IMG/VR virus record: IMGVR_UViG_3300022862_000263
Source: a virus
Lineage: Duplodnaviria > Heunggongvirae > Uroviricota > Caudoviricetes
Strand: one strand, 5' to 3'
DNA: 64,000 bases
Shown here: positions 52,128 to 62,171 of the stretch, in pieces
Position numbering within the stretch: position 1 is the first letter of the stretch
Layout: every line of letters starts with the position of its first letter
Position numbers and translations under genes: made by a program
Notes under the pieces: generated by a model
The model's database searches: none
What the model was told of the DNA's origin: nothing
What the model saw: only the letters and a program-made list of their open reading frames with translations

Positions 52128-53039
52128 ATGCCGCACACAGTCCAGTATAGACCTCAGCTGATTGAACAGATTATCAGTTCCCACCGTATCGCGAGCTATA
52201 GCAAGGTATTTTCGACCAGCAATGATGCTGAGCTGGTGGGGGCCTACCTGTGGAACTCGCACGTTTGTGGTGTTCTCTACCCCCTGATCAGCGCGGCGGA
52301 GGTCACGTTGCGGAACTCGATTGACACCGTCCTGACGTCTGATCTTGGGAAATTTTGGTGGAAGGCAAAGACGCTTAAGTACAAGAGCTTCACCCCCGGA
52401 GGCCAGGTGCCCGACGCGGTCGCGAAACTGACCAAAAATTTCGGATCAGCCTTCAACACTGCCTGGTACGAGCGAAAAAGCCGGCAGGTCAGTGGGCAGC
52501 CAGACCACCAAGAGGTTGTATCCAAAACGGACTTCTCCACGTGGGAATTCGTTCTGGACAACGAATACATGGGTAACAACCTTATCTGGCCAAAGAACTT
52601 GGGGAGGGTTTTCAAAGGCCAATGGCCAACGAGTCAGGCGAGCGCCATGCTGGTCGGGTGCAAAGATCAGGTTGCGTTGGTAAGGAAGTTCCGAAATCGG
52701 GTCTTCCATCATGAGCCTGCTTGGAAGCGCTTCAACGTCAATGATGAGCATCAAGCGGTGGCCCACCTGCACGAAAAAATTGGCAAAATCACTGAGCTGA
52801 TCTCCTGGATTTCGCCAGAGAAGATCAATCTGCTTGAGAAGTCCGGGGCGATCAGAACTGCATACCGTGCCTGCACCGTAGCCGAAATTGCACGGTTCAA
52901 GTACCAGTCCAAGACGAGCACGGTTAACAGCATGGCTAAGCTCATCAAGGTCGCAGAGGCTGCAAGCGCTGGTAATGAGGTTATGAAAATCGCGGTATAT
53001 GGAAAGCGGAAGGCGGTCTATACCCTCCAGGCTGACTGA
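52128..53039 (+). CDS. Abi_2 family (AbiD/AbiF-like) abortive-infection protein
   Basis: 303 aa. FRNRVFHHEPAW matches the Abi_2 RNxxAHHxxxW signature. Size and layout are typical. Confidence 0.6.
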   Translation: MPHTVQYRPQLIEQIISSHRIASYSKVFSTSNDAELVGAYLWNSHVCGVLYPLISAAEVTLRNSIDTVLTSDLGKFWWKAKTLKYKSFTPGGQVPDAVAKLTKNFGSAFNTAWYERKSRQVSGQPDHQEVVSKTDFSTWEFVLDNEYMGNNLIWPKNLGRVFKGQWPTSQASAMLVGCKDQVALVRKFRNRVFHHEPAWKRFNVNDEHQAVAHLHEKIGKITELISWISPEKINLLEKSGAIRTAYRACTVAEIARFKYQSKTSTVNSMAKLIKVAEAASAGNEVMKIAVYGKRKAVYTLQAD

Positions 53040-53257
53040 TAGGTGCTCTGGCGGCCGCCACGAAGTTCTGCCTGCATCCAGGTATCAACCAGGCAAGTGG
53101 GCAAGCGGGCATCATCATTCAGCTCTCTTTAGGCTACGACGACTGCGCTGGCACAGGCTTCAGGCACTAGTAGCGAGGATGCGTCGCTATGGGATAATGA
53201 TCATGTTATATTGCCACCCCAAAAAGCCACTCCTGGTGCAAGGCTTCGCGACTAAAG

Positions 53258-54073
53258 ATGAGTCATACGGCTTTATCTGTAGATCAGTTCCCCGGCCTGG
53301 TTACCCATACCAACAGAGAAGAAGATTTACCCATGGGCGATAGAGCCTCTGATGTTCAAGACCTCAACGGCTACAACCCGCAAAGTTATCAACTTGGCGC
53401 TATGCCAGACCGTGTCGAAGCGGGGGCGATGAGGGAACCGCATCACGACAGGCAATTGCGGCTTGGCACCGCTGTGTGGGGAGCTCGGAGTAAGCTCAGT
53501 CCATATGAGTGGTTGGCTGGAATTTTAGGAGACAATCGCCTCTCGCGGATCAGTGGGTGGAGCAGCTCCAGCATCGCCAAATTTCGCAAGAAACATGGCA
53601 TTCAGTTTCACCCACTGCGAGACTTCGTGCCACTGCTTGGCTTGGTAGCAGACCAGGATGTTTCACGAGCCTCCTCCGTGCCCTTAGAGGTCGTGACCGC
53701 TCTCCGTCAGTATTTACGCGTGTACGAGTATGTGGCGGAGTCCGTCGATGAAGTCAAAATCGAGGATTTCCAGGGGCCGCTTCTCGGATTCGAATCGATG
53801 CTCACGACGAAGAACTCGGCGGAAATTTACCGTGAGTGTGGCATAAACCCCAACATCGTGGATCGCCGTCGAAAGCATCTTGGGCTGCCGTCTGTAGGGC
53901 TAAAAAGTAAGCTTGATCCATACAGGCACCTAGTAAACGTCATCTCGATCCCACTCTTGGCTAAGCTTTGCGGCATCACCGATCCCAGGGTGCGGCAGTT
54001 GATTAATGCTCAGGAGCGGTTGCATGCCCGCAAAAGTCCACTTGGAGATGGGCAGTTCGCAGACAGCTTGTAG
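53258..54073 (+). CDS. multi-HTH-repeat protein, paralog 2 (start possibly 53333)
   Basis: 271 aa. Shares FVPLLG.V.D.DV.R.S..PL, EDFQGPLLGFESMLTT, IVDRRRKHLGLP, KLDPYRHLV..I.IPLLAKL.G..D.RVRQL with paralog 1. Confidence 0.45.
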   Translation: MSHTALSVDQFPGLVTHTNREEDLPMGDRASDVQDLNGYNPQSYQLGAMPDRVEAGAMREPHHDRQLRLGTAVWGARSKLSPYEWLAGILGDNRLSRISGWSSSSIAKFRKKHGIQFHPLRDFVPLLGLVADQDVSRASSVPLEVVTALRQYLRVYEYVAESVDEVKIEDFQGPLLGFESMLTTKNSAEIYRECGINPNIVDRRRKHLGLPSVGLKSKLDPYRHLVNVISIPLLAKLCGITDPRVRQLINAQERLHARKSPLGDGQFADSL

Positions 54074-54178
54074 CCAGTGGCATCTGCGTTAAGCCATCCT
54101 TCGGCTAAGGTTGTCGATAGTGGTATGAGCACATGCTCCGGCCTCAGCCATCCAGGCGTGACACACAGAGAATTTAAA

Positions 54179-55258
54179 ATGCAGCAAACACTGATCCCGT
54201 TCGGTCTTCACCATGGGCGCTTAGTCCGCGCCATCGAGGTTGCGAACGGATTGGCTTGTGGGTGCCTGTGCCCTGGGTGTAACACGCCGCTGATCGCAGC
54301 CAATCGAGGTACCAAGAACGTCCACCATTTCCGACATGCTCAGTCGGTCGACTGCCGTTCTACGTACGAAGCCTCGTTGCACAAATTTGCTGTAGACCTG
54401 CTGATTGAGAGCAAACGCATCGTGCTGCCTGATTTTAGCCAGGTCATCAGCAACCGGACTCGGTACGGCGCAGAGGTAAAGAAAAGGGTAGCTTTCCCCG
54501 GTGCCCAGGCGGAGGCGACTCAGGCCAGCGCCGGCGTGATGATAAATGGCGTAACGCCGGATGTGGTCTTCGATGTGGGTGGGCACCAGCTCATCATCGA
54601 GGTGCGAGCATCCGCCAAAGTTGATGACCTCAAGCGGCACAAACTGAAGGCCTCCGAGCTGTCAGTGCTGGAGGTTGACCTTTCGACATTGGACATGAAG
54701 ACCATTTGTGAGCCGGAGCTCTTTGAGCGAGCTCTACTGGATGATCCTGGCAACAAGCGGTGGATACACTCGAGACGCGGTGAGCAGATGCTTAAAGCTG
54801 CGAGGTGTCAGTTGGCTGAAGACGTAAAGGCGATGGACGACGCTCATCGACAGAAGGCGCAGGCAATCGGCTTATCCTCAGTAGATGGTGGTACCAGGCC
54901 GACCATAGCAGCTTCGGTTCAGGGCAAGCCTCTGCGTGTGAGCCTGCCAGTTGATACCTCAAGGTCTGATAAGCAGGCTTGGCGAGAGGCAATTCAGGAG
55001 AGAGCCGGCGTCATCGCTGCGTCGATTCAACGTTCGGTAAATGAATGGGGCGGCAAGGCCATGCAATGTGAGAATTGCTTGATGGCTAGCCACCCAGACG
55101 CCGTCAGCTGCAGCTATTGCGGGGTGGCAAAAACCTTGAAGGCTGAGACCTTTACCAGGGACTACTCCAACACGGCTCTGGCCAGGCTGAGTTGCTCACC
55201 TCGTGTTGATCAATCTTATGAAAGAGCTCCAGTTTTACATGGTGTCCATGGAAAGTGA
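54179..55258 (+). CDS. CoiA-like competence-family protein (putative nuclease)
   Basis: N-terminus LIPFGLHHGRLVRAIEVANGLACGCLCPGCNTPLIAANRGTKNVHHFRHAQ matches the CoiA N-terminal C-x2-C...HF.H layout. The track ORF starts at 54077. 54179 is the more likely ATG. Confidence 0.5.
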   Translation: MQQTLIPFGLHHGRLVRAIEVANGLACGCLCPGCNTPLIAANRGTKNVHHFRHAQSVDCRSTYEASLHKFAVDLLIESKRIVLPDFSQVISNRTRYGAEVKKRVAFPGAQAEATQASAGVMINGVTPDVVFDVGGHQLIIEVRASAKVDDLKRHKLKASELSVLEVDLSTLDMKTICEPELFERALLDDPGNKRWIHSRRGEQMLKAARCQLAEDVKAMDDAHRQKAQAIGLSSVDGGTRPTIAASVQGKPLRVSLPVDTSRSDKQAWREAIQERAGVIAASIQRSVNEWGGKAMQCENCLMASHPDAVSCSYCGVAKTLKAETFTRDYSNTALARLSCSPRVDQSYERAPVLHGVHGK

Positions 55259-55789
55259 GTCGTATGTCGGCCAGAGCTTATGAAGCGACTACCGAGTAAT
55301 CGCCGCCACTCATGCGATATTTAGTCAACATCTTGGAATATCTGACCCTTCAGATAGGTGCTGTATTGTGAGATGCCACTGAATTTGCACATACCAACCC
55401 TGGCAATTGCGGCCAGAGCCTCATTCTTGATTACCTCAACCATCTCATCAGGGGCAGTGTATGAGATTAGACATCGTCGAGCGCTAGTACACGTTCAGAA
55501 AAGGACTGTAGCCACCTGCCGGTGTTGCTATCTTCATTAAAATTCTTGAGCTCTGATGAGATAGAAAAGTCCGGGCTGGTCTGTGCGGTTCGGAGCCTTG
55601 AGGACGCCATCTGTGGATTTTTATCTTTGCTCATGGAGCTTAACGCGACCTGACCTTACCGTTATCTAAATGCGCTTATAACCATTTGCCATCAAATTAG
55701 CAATCGATTGAAAATCACCGATTGGTGTGTTTGACCTACATCACTTTGGATATATAGAATTGACGTATAGGAAAAGTTAGTAGAGAAAA

Positions 55790-56401
55790 ATGAATAAAAG
55801 TAACGAATTTTACTACCACGGCTCCCCATGCTCTATTGATCAGTTTGATTACGCGTTTACAGGGCGTGGTCTGGATCAGCACGGCCCAGGATTTTACTTC
55901 TCAAGTAGTAAATCAGGCGCTTGTGCGCACACTGATGTAAATGATGTCGTGAAGGAGGCCGAATCTGAGATTTCGCCGACGCTCCACACAGTTCGACTTA
56001 ATCTCAAAAAACCTTTGCATGCCGACCATGTTCAGAAAATGACTGCCTCTCAGGTTGCACGCATTATGCGCTGCAGTCCCGTGCTTGTGGATAAGCTTTG
56101 GGACAGAGTGGATGTTGGTAGTTACGGTCTTGAATACTGCTTATCAAAGGTATCCAAGGAGTACGTATGGGAAGACGCCAGACTTCTCGACATACTTTGC
56201 CGGCTGTATGGCGATATCTTTGATGAAGACTGCGTTAAGGAGTTCGCCACCGCAGTGCGAGACGTTCTTGGATACGATGGTGCCACCTATCTGCACGAGA
56301 AGCAGAACATCATGGTTGCTTGGTTCCCTGACCAGATCGAGATCGTCAAGAGAACTCCCATGAGGCAACCGGATGAAGACCTTGAGCCCTGCGTAAGGTG
56401 A
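55790..56401 (+). CDS. putative ART-fold protein (H-Y-E class, DT/ExoA/Tpt1-like)
   Basis: 203 aa. YYHGSP...(22 aa)...GPGFYFSSS parallels ExoA YHGT...GFYIAG. Same pattern as the 27384..27965 protein. Confidence 0.4.
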   Translation: MNKSNEFYYHGSPCSIDQFDYAFTGRGLDQHGPGFYFSSSKSGACAHTDVNDVVKEAESEISPTLHTVRLNLKKPLHADHVQKMTASQVARIMRCSPVLVDKLWDRVDVGSYGLEYCLSKVSKEYVWEDARLLDILCRLYGDIFDEDCVKEFATAVRDVLGYDGATYLHEKQNIMVAWFPDQIEIVKRTPMRQPDEDLEPCVR

Positions 56402-56413
56402 TACCCTAGAAGG

Positions 56414-57439
56414 GTGCAGTGGTGGAGTCCAGAAATGCCTATTGAAAACGCAACCATCGACGAAATCCGTGACTACGTTCGTGGGGATCCGGACAGCAGG
56501 CCTCTCAAGTTTTTTGATGAGTCATTGCTTGAGCTAGTCAGTCGGTTTTCTTCTGGTCAGATAGACAGGTTGGAGCAGCTGTCGGGTAGCCCTGTGAAGC
56601 TGAGCCTGCAGCACCTGCACAAATTCATGATCGACCTGTCTTGGGCGTCATCGCGCCTGGAAGGCAATACATACGACTACCTCGACACCAAGCTGCTGCT
56701 GGAGGAGGGCATCAGGTCATCAATGCACAGCCTGGCTGAAGCCAAGATGATCATCAACCACAAGCACGCGATCACAGCAATGTCTGAAGGTGACCCCCTC
56801 ACCAGGGAGATGGTCTGCAGGATCCATAGCCTGTTGGCAGACGATGCTGGTGTTGAGGGGGAGGATCACTTCTTGCCGCCAGATAGGTGCGGACTCGTCA
56901 GAACCTATGAACCTTTATGGATCAGTGGTACCGCCTACAGCCCGGTGGTAGACCAGCCTGGTAAACCACCAGTCGTCAGTCCAGCTCTGGACAAGATCGT
57001 TCAAGTGGCAAATCTACTGCATCCATTCGATGCGTCGGTTTACTTACTGACCAGGTTGCCCTATCTGCAGCCGTTTAACGATTGCAATAAGCGAACCTCC
57101 AGGGTTATTACCAACGCTCCGTTGCTTGCGCGTGGATACCTGCCTATCAGTCTGAAGAACATCGAGAGACGTGACTACCTGTCTGGGGTGGTTGCCTTCT
57201 ACGAGCTTGGTGATAGCCGTCTGATGCAGCATGAGTTCCTGCGAGCGTTCATTGATTCACTGATGATCAATCGTTCTGTTCCGTTAGACGTCTCTATTGC
57301 CTATAGCAAAGATAAGACCTCGATCACCCAGGAGCTGATCTCCTACGTAAACGATGGAACTGAATCTGAAATTTTAGATAGGGTTTTTGCCCCCAAAGGC
57401 AGGTCGATAGGCACCAGCTCTGAGGGGCCAGAGCTGTGA
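56414..57439 (+). CDS. Fic/DOC-family protein with degenerate active-site motif
   Basis: 341 aa. QPFNDCNKRTSR sits in place of HPFxDGNGRxxR. A further partial HPFDAS lies upstream. Overall Fic-like length and helical layout. Confidence 0.5.
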   Translation: MQWWSPEMPIENATIDEIRDYVRGDPDSRPLKFFDESLLELVSRFSSGQIDRLEQLSGSPVKLSLQHLHKFMIDLSWASSRLEGNTYDYLDTKLLLEEGIRSSMHSLAEAKMIINHKHAITAMSEGDPLTREMVCRIHSLLADDAGVEGEDHFLPPDRCGLVRTYEPLWISGTAYSPVVDQPGKPPVVSPALDKIVQVANLLHPFDASVYLLTRLPYLQPFNDCNKRTSRVITNAPLLARGYLPISLKNIERRDYLSGVVAFYELGDSRLMQHEFLRAFIDSLMINRSVPLDVSIAYSKDKTSITQELISYVNDGTESEILDRVFAPKGRSIGTSSEGPEL

Positions 57440-58029
57440 CTCCATTTAGTGGAAGGTCGGTGGGAATTAGATTCGAGTTTACCGAAGAGCTTCCGTCGAG
57501 TGAATGTCCTCCAGGGCATGCTGGTGGAGCCCTGAGGATGTGGTTAGGGGGTACGCCAGTCTGGTGTGGGGCGGATGGACAACCAGTCTTGTGGACATGG
57601 CTGAGTTTCCTTGACGGCCTGGGTCGGACATGGAGGTGGCTTACCTGTGAGACCGCTTATCCAATCCCCATAACCCCTGAGCATATTGGGCTTCTTGACG
57701 AGGTTCTAGCCAATCGTTGGGATGGGATGGATGATGAGCAGCGCGACGGAGAGATGGATTTAATGTTCGATTTCAACCATCGACATAACCTTGCCCACCT
57801 TGTGCGTGGTATCAGTCTTCCACGGGTTATGGCTTTACGGTCAGGTGATGAAGTTGAGCTATGGTCACCATGCCTAAGTCGGCCAATCAGGATCGCGTTT
57901 GTTGAGTTCGAAGAGGAACTTACCAAGTTAGGCGATATACTCAGTCAGCTGACGATGCAGAGCTCCGCCGAAGCACCTGCGGCTGCCAGGCTGAGCTGGC
58001 AGAAAAGGGGCGGGTGTATCATTATTTGA
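57436..58029 (+). CDS. hypothetical Trp-rich protein, coupled to the Fic gene
   Basis: 197 aa. Start overlaps the Fic stop. Confidence 0.35.
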   Translation: MTPFSGRSVGIRFEFTEELPSSECPPGHAGGALRMWLGGTPVWCGADGQPVLWTWLSFLDGLGRTWRWLTCETAYPIPITPEHIGLLDEVLANRWDGMDDEQRDGEMDLMFDFNHRHNLAHLVRGISLPRVMALRSGDEVELWSPCLSRPIRIAFVEFEEELTKLGDILSQLTMQSSAEAPAAARLSWQKRGGCIII

Positions 58030-59038
58030 TAGCAATAGAGCGGTTGACGACGAAAAACCTTAGGCAGCCTTCGGCTGAATGGGCCGACCTGCCTGCATAG
58101 AGCCCCTATCCACAGATCAAGACGCAGTGTATCCGGGCGCAAGCAAAGCATTGCTTACACCTTCCAGAACTTCTACATTACGTAGCCACAGTCTGAATTC
58201 ATGGCCCCTTAAGCTGTGATCAGCTGAGCAATCGACACTCCACTGTCTGAGCGTATAGCCGGCGATCAGCCTGGGTACCGTAATTGAGATCAGGTCATCG
58301 ACCATTCCATAGTCGAGCCTTGTAACCTCAGGCCTTGGCTGATCGGGGTGAGGTACAAGCTCAAGCACTACCTTGGCGGAGCACTCTGTGTCCTTGGCGC
58401 CAGCCTCATGAGCTTCAACGCTCCCGCCATGATCAATCGCTGGATTTAAGATTCGGGTTATGACGAAGTCCCGAAACTCTTCAGATTTCCGGTCAAATGC
58501 CAGCGCAGACCGTTATCGACCAATGTGTGTGGAACGATGACGCACTCGCTCGACCCGTTCAGTGATTCGTACCTGATTTTAAGGGGGAGGCCCTGGAAGA
58601 TCGCTCGGGTGACGATGCCTGGGTACCGAGGTGTCCAATGCGGGCGCGGGGAATTGCCGGCACCCCGGCGCCAGGCGAAATCGTTGGCACACCGTCAGCA
58701 AACCCGTGGCTCAACCAGGTCAGCACGCGGTCTGGGTTGAAGGTGTAGAGTGGGGGAAATTCGTCTGAGATGAAGTGGTCTTAGCCCCGGCGTCGTATGC
58801 CATGTTCGTAGGCGCCAGCGAGGCATACAGTGCGAGATCTCGGTCAGCCTTGAATTTTATGGTGTTTTGACATACATTTGCGGGAGGAATGGCGCTCCTT
58901 CCCGCTCACGTAGGTTAAGGGGACTCCCCAGCGCTGCAGGACAACTGTGTACTCAACTAAGCCCTTGCCCTCAAGTGCCTGGATACATACGCGTGAGCCG
59001 TAGTTAGCTTTCATAAGCTTCCAGGACAAGGAGATGGT

Positions 59039-60727
59039 ATGAGCGCTGCTGATGATTTCCGTAATGGAAATGCCCTTTTCCAAGCCTTTATGAATGAAAC
59101 CAGGGATCCAAATGACCCTGGCACACAACTAAAGAATAGCTTGAGTCTTGCAAATATTGCGTTCCCATCGACACAAGAAAGTGCTCAAGGGATTGCGAAA
59201 AAATCAATATCCCACATGAAGCAAAAAGCTGAGTTGCTTTCAAAGGCCTTGGGTGAAAAGCTAAAGAGAACTGAATGTTTGAACCTTGTTGCAAACATGT
59301 GCTTCTTTTCAAGCTGGAAATCTTACTTGAGTTTTGCTGAAAGCTTCCATCTGCTTTCTGACAGTCAGCGTAAAAGCTCTGGTGATACCGTAAAGCTGAT
59401 ATCAAGCCTGTGGAACATTACTGAAAATCGCCAAAACGATTTTTTCAAAAAGTTCGTGGCTGCTTCTGCCGTGATCCTATCAATCAACACGGGATACGGA
59501 ATGGGGCCTTCCGCTGTAGCTGCAATGAAGGTATTCACTGATTCTAAGGCAAAATCTACTGGAGACTATCTTGATGAGCGTGAGATCTTGCAGATTATTC
59601 ATAACCTTCATCAAGATCCAGGGAAATACTACGTTATGTATTGCTTATCCAAAGCCCCATCCAGGAAGGGAGTGAAAACTAAATGGAGTAATTTGGATAA
59701 CGTTGACGTTGGGTTTTTTCTTCAAAAAACCATTTTTATGGATGTCAGTGACACTACTGTTGAGATGTCGGTAGTGGAGTCCATTGTCGGCACTATAATG
59801 GCAGATATTCATTCTTATGCTGAGGCTAATATTCCATTTTTCATTAACGTAATGCCGTCTCCCGACATCATTGATAGTGAGAAAAACAGGATAATTAACG
59901 CTCTTGCAAGGGATAAAACCCGCGAAGAAGTTTACAAGGTAATTGCCAAGATCTTTTCAGGGAGATTAACTGATAGCGTTAATGAATATATAACTCGTGA
60001 TATTGGCGCATCTGGATTCATTGATGATGAGATTTTCAGTCTGTATAGAGAGGGTCGGCCACCTTCAGGCTTAATTCCAGGTTCAGAGAAAAGTCTTGAT
60101 AACGGTCATTTGGTTAAGTTGTATAAAACTGCCAGTTACAATTCACAGAGTTATTCCGGGGTTCGTTTCTACCAAATTACCGCTTTGGCGTTCGACCATA
60201 GCGGATTTGTATCAGGCTATTTGGTTACAAATCACATAAAAAACCCGTCATGCTCTCTCAATATTATTGGGCTTTTTTGTGATGAGCTTGAAAACCCCGC
60301 ATGTATTGAAGCTGCTCTTTCCTTAGGTCTGGTAGAGGGCTTCAAAAGCAGGGTTAAAATATCCCACCCTGTTATTATAACTGACTGGGAAGTGTCTAGG
60401 CACTATCAAGGATTAGGCATCGGGAAAGCATTGATGAACCATGCCTTTGACTTCAAGCATATTGATTTGCAGGAAATAGATTACGTGCTCGCTAAAGTAG
60501 AGCCACTTGAATATTCAATTCCTCCACTAGAAGACACAGAAGAAGCAATTATCCCAAATTATTACTCTTCAAAGTCAAGGTGTGTTGGGGTTTGGGATAA
60601 TGTAACAGATAGTGGGCGTGTATTTGGGAGTAGAGCTATACCATTCCATAGCGTTAAATATCAAAAAAACTGCCATGGTCACCCAAATCTCCTTATGACT
60701 GCAATGTTTCTTTTTCAGGCTGGGTGA
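59039..60727 (+). CDS. hypothetical protein with C-terminal GNAT acetyltransferase-like domain (low GC)
   Basis: 562 aa. C-terminal RHYQGLGIGKALMNHAF matches GNAT motif A (Q/RxxGxG/A). AT-rich codons. Confidence 0.5.
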   Translation: MSAADDFRNGNALFQAFMNETRDPNDPGTQLKNSLSLANIAFPSTQESAQGIAKKSISHMKQKAELLSKALGEKLKRTECLNLVANMCFFSSWKSYLSFAESFHLLSDSQRKSSGDTVKLISSLWNITENRQNDFFKKFVAASAVILSINTGYGMGPSAVAAMKVFTDSKAKSTGDYLDEREILQIIHNLHQDPGKYYVMYCLSKAPSRKGVKTKWSNLDNVDVGFFLQKTIFMDVSDTTVEMSVVESIVGTIMADIHSYAEANIPFFINVMPSPDIIDSEKNRIINALARDKTREEVYKVIAKIFSGRLTDSVNEYITRDIGASGFIDDEIFSLYREGRPPSGLIPGSEKSLDNGHLVKLYKTASYNSQSYSGVRFYQITALAFDHSGFVSGYLVTNHIKNPSCSLNIIGLFCDELENPACIEAALSLGLVEGFKSRVKISHPVIITDWEVSRHYQGLGIGKALMNHAFDFKHIDLQEIDYVLAKVEPLEYSIPPLEDTEEAIIPNYYSSKSRCVGVWDNVTDSGRVFGSRAIPFHSVKYQKNCHGHPNLLMTAMFLFQAG

Positions 60728-60764
60728 TTAGGATTTTAAATGTTGGCTGTTATTTGACTTTTAG

Positions 60765-62171
60765 TTGAATATTGGGGTGTTGAAGATGGCTGTTGGTTTT
60801 GGAACATACTCAGTTTCTATTGATGTTTCATCGATCTATTTTATTGGTGCTGACAATAGGTTGAAATACTATCAGAGCGGAATAGATCTCGTATCTAATT
60901 TAGACTCGGAAGTTGAGCCAGTTGGGATTGCATGTGTAGAGTGCGTTGAAACTGGTTCGTTTCTAATAAATGCTTTCAGAGTAAAATCCGGATTAGATTT
61001 ATCAAAACTAATCATGATTGCAAAAAGCCCTGGCGTCATGGATCTGCCACCAAGCAGGTTGATTTTTAGTAAGCAATCAATGCGATCATTATCAATACTG
61101 GCTAAAAATGGTATTAAAAAGGATGCGAATGTTGATTCAATTGCTTTTTCGTCCATAGAGTCTGACTTAGCAAAAAGTCTTCCTGGATACTCATTTGGTA
61201 GCGTCCGTAACTTTCCGGTGGATATTAATGACCTGGAAAAATTTATCTCCTACGTAAATGAGAAGGAGTATGAATTATCCATAAGGCGTAAGTTGCTTAA
61301 GTCCGTACGCCGCGATGTCATATCAGAAATAAAAGATCTGAGCATGGTTAACGCTGTCAGGCTATACCACCCAAGAAGTGATTGGAGGCCGGCACCGGAT
61401 GCACAAAAACCGTTAGATAGTGAAGTCTGCGCAATCACTGATAGAGTTGGAATTATAGATATTTGCTCAGTTGTGGACAGGCCGGCAAACCCGTTCGGAA
61501 GAAATGGGTTTGATCCTTTTGGTTCAAGTCATGATTGGATGCAAGACGATGACGATGAAGATGACGATGGGGATGGCGATGATGTATATTATGATGAGTG
61601 TGGCAATCGACTGAACCTCCGATATGAGAACCATATTTGGCTTATACTCGTTTTCCATATGCTCGTTTGCGATAATGAGCTATGGGATGATATTGATGTA
61701 GATGATATTTATCAAATTGAGGAGTTTGAGGAGGATCTTCCGCTTAATGTCTATGAAAGTCTTGTAAGTGTAATTAACGGTAATTGCATATTCAAAGATA
61801 TAGATAGCGGGAATTTCTTATGGTCAGTAAATGAATTGTCTGAGATTGTTGACGAATATTGTTTTGTCGAGCTTGTGGTTTCCAGGCACTCGAAGTCCAG
61901 AAATAAATTTTTCGTAACCATTTTTGATGGTGGGGCTCATATCAGTATAATGCGGCAGCAGTATTATTGCGCCAATGATATAGATGATAACCTTGATGCA
62001 TATGGTATTAGTTCCTATAAAGTTATTGTCAAGGCGAGTGTTATTAATTCAATTCAAAGGGTGGTTGATTTAGTTAAAAGTCCAGAGTCCATGTTTGCGG
62101 CAGTAGCTCTTATAAAAGAAATGCTGATTGTTAGCTCTGAAGATTTCAAAGACCTTGTTAGTGATTTTTGA
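60765..62171 (+). CDS. hypothetical protein with poly-acidic tract (low GC)
   Basis: 468 aa. DDDDEDDDGDGDD run. AT-rich. Confidence 0.4.
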   Translation: MNIGVLKMAVGFGTYSVSIDVSSIYFIGADNRLKYYQSGIDLVSNLDSEVEPVGIACVECVETGSFLINAFRVKSGLDLSKLIMIAKSPGVMDLPPSRLIFSKQSMRSLSILAKNGIKKDANVDSIAFSSIESDLAKSLPGYSFGSVRNFPVDINDLEKFISYVNEKEYELSIRRKLLKSVRRDVISEIKDLSMVNAVRLYHPRSDWRPAPDAQKPLDSEVCAITDRVGIIDICSVVDRPANPFGRNGFDPFGSSHDWMQDDDDEDDDGDGDDVYYDECGNRLNLRYENHIWLILVFHMLVCDNELWDDIDVDDIYQIEEFEEDLPLNVYESLVSVINGNCIFKDIDSGNFLWSVNELSEIVDEYCFVELVVSRHSKSRNKFFVTIFDGGAHISIMRQQYYCANDIDDNLDAYGISSYKVIVKASVINSIQRVVDLVKSPESMFAAVALIKEMLIVSSEDFKDLVSDF

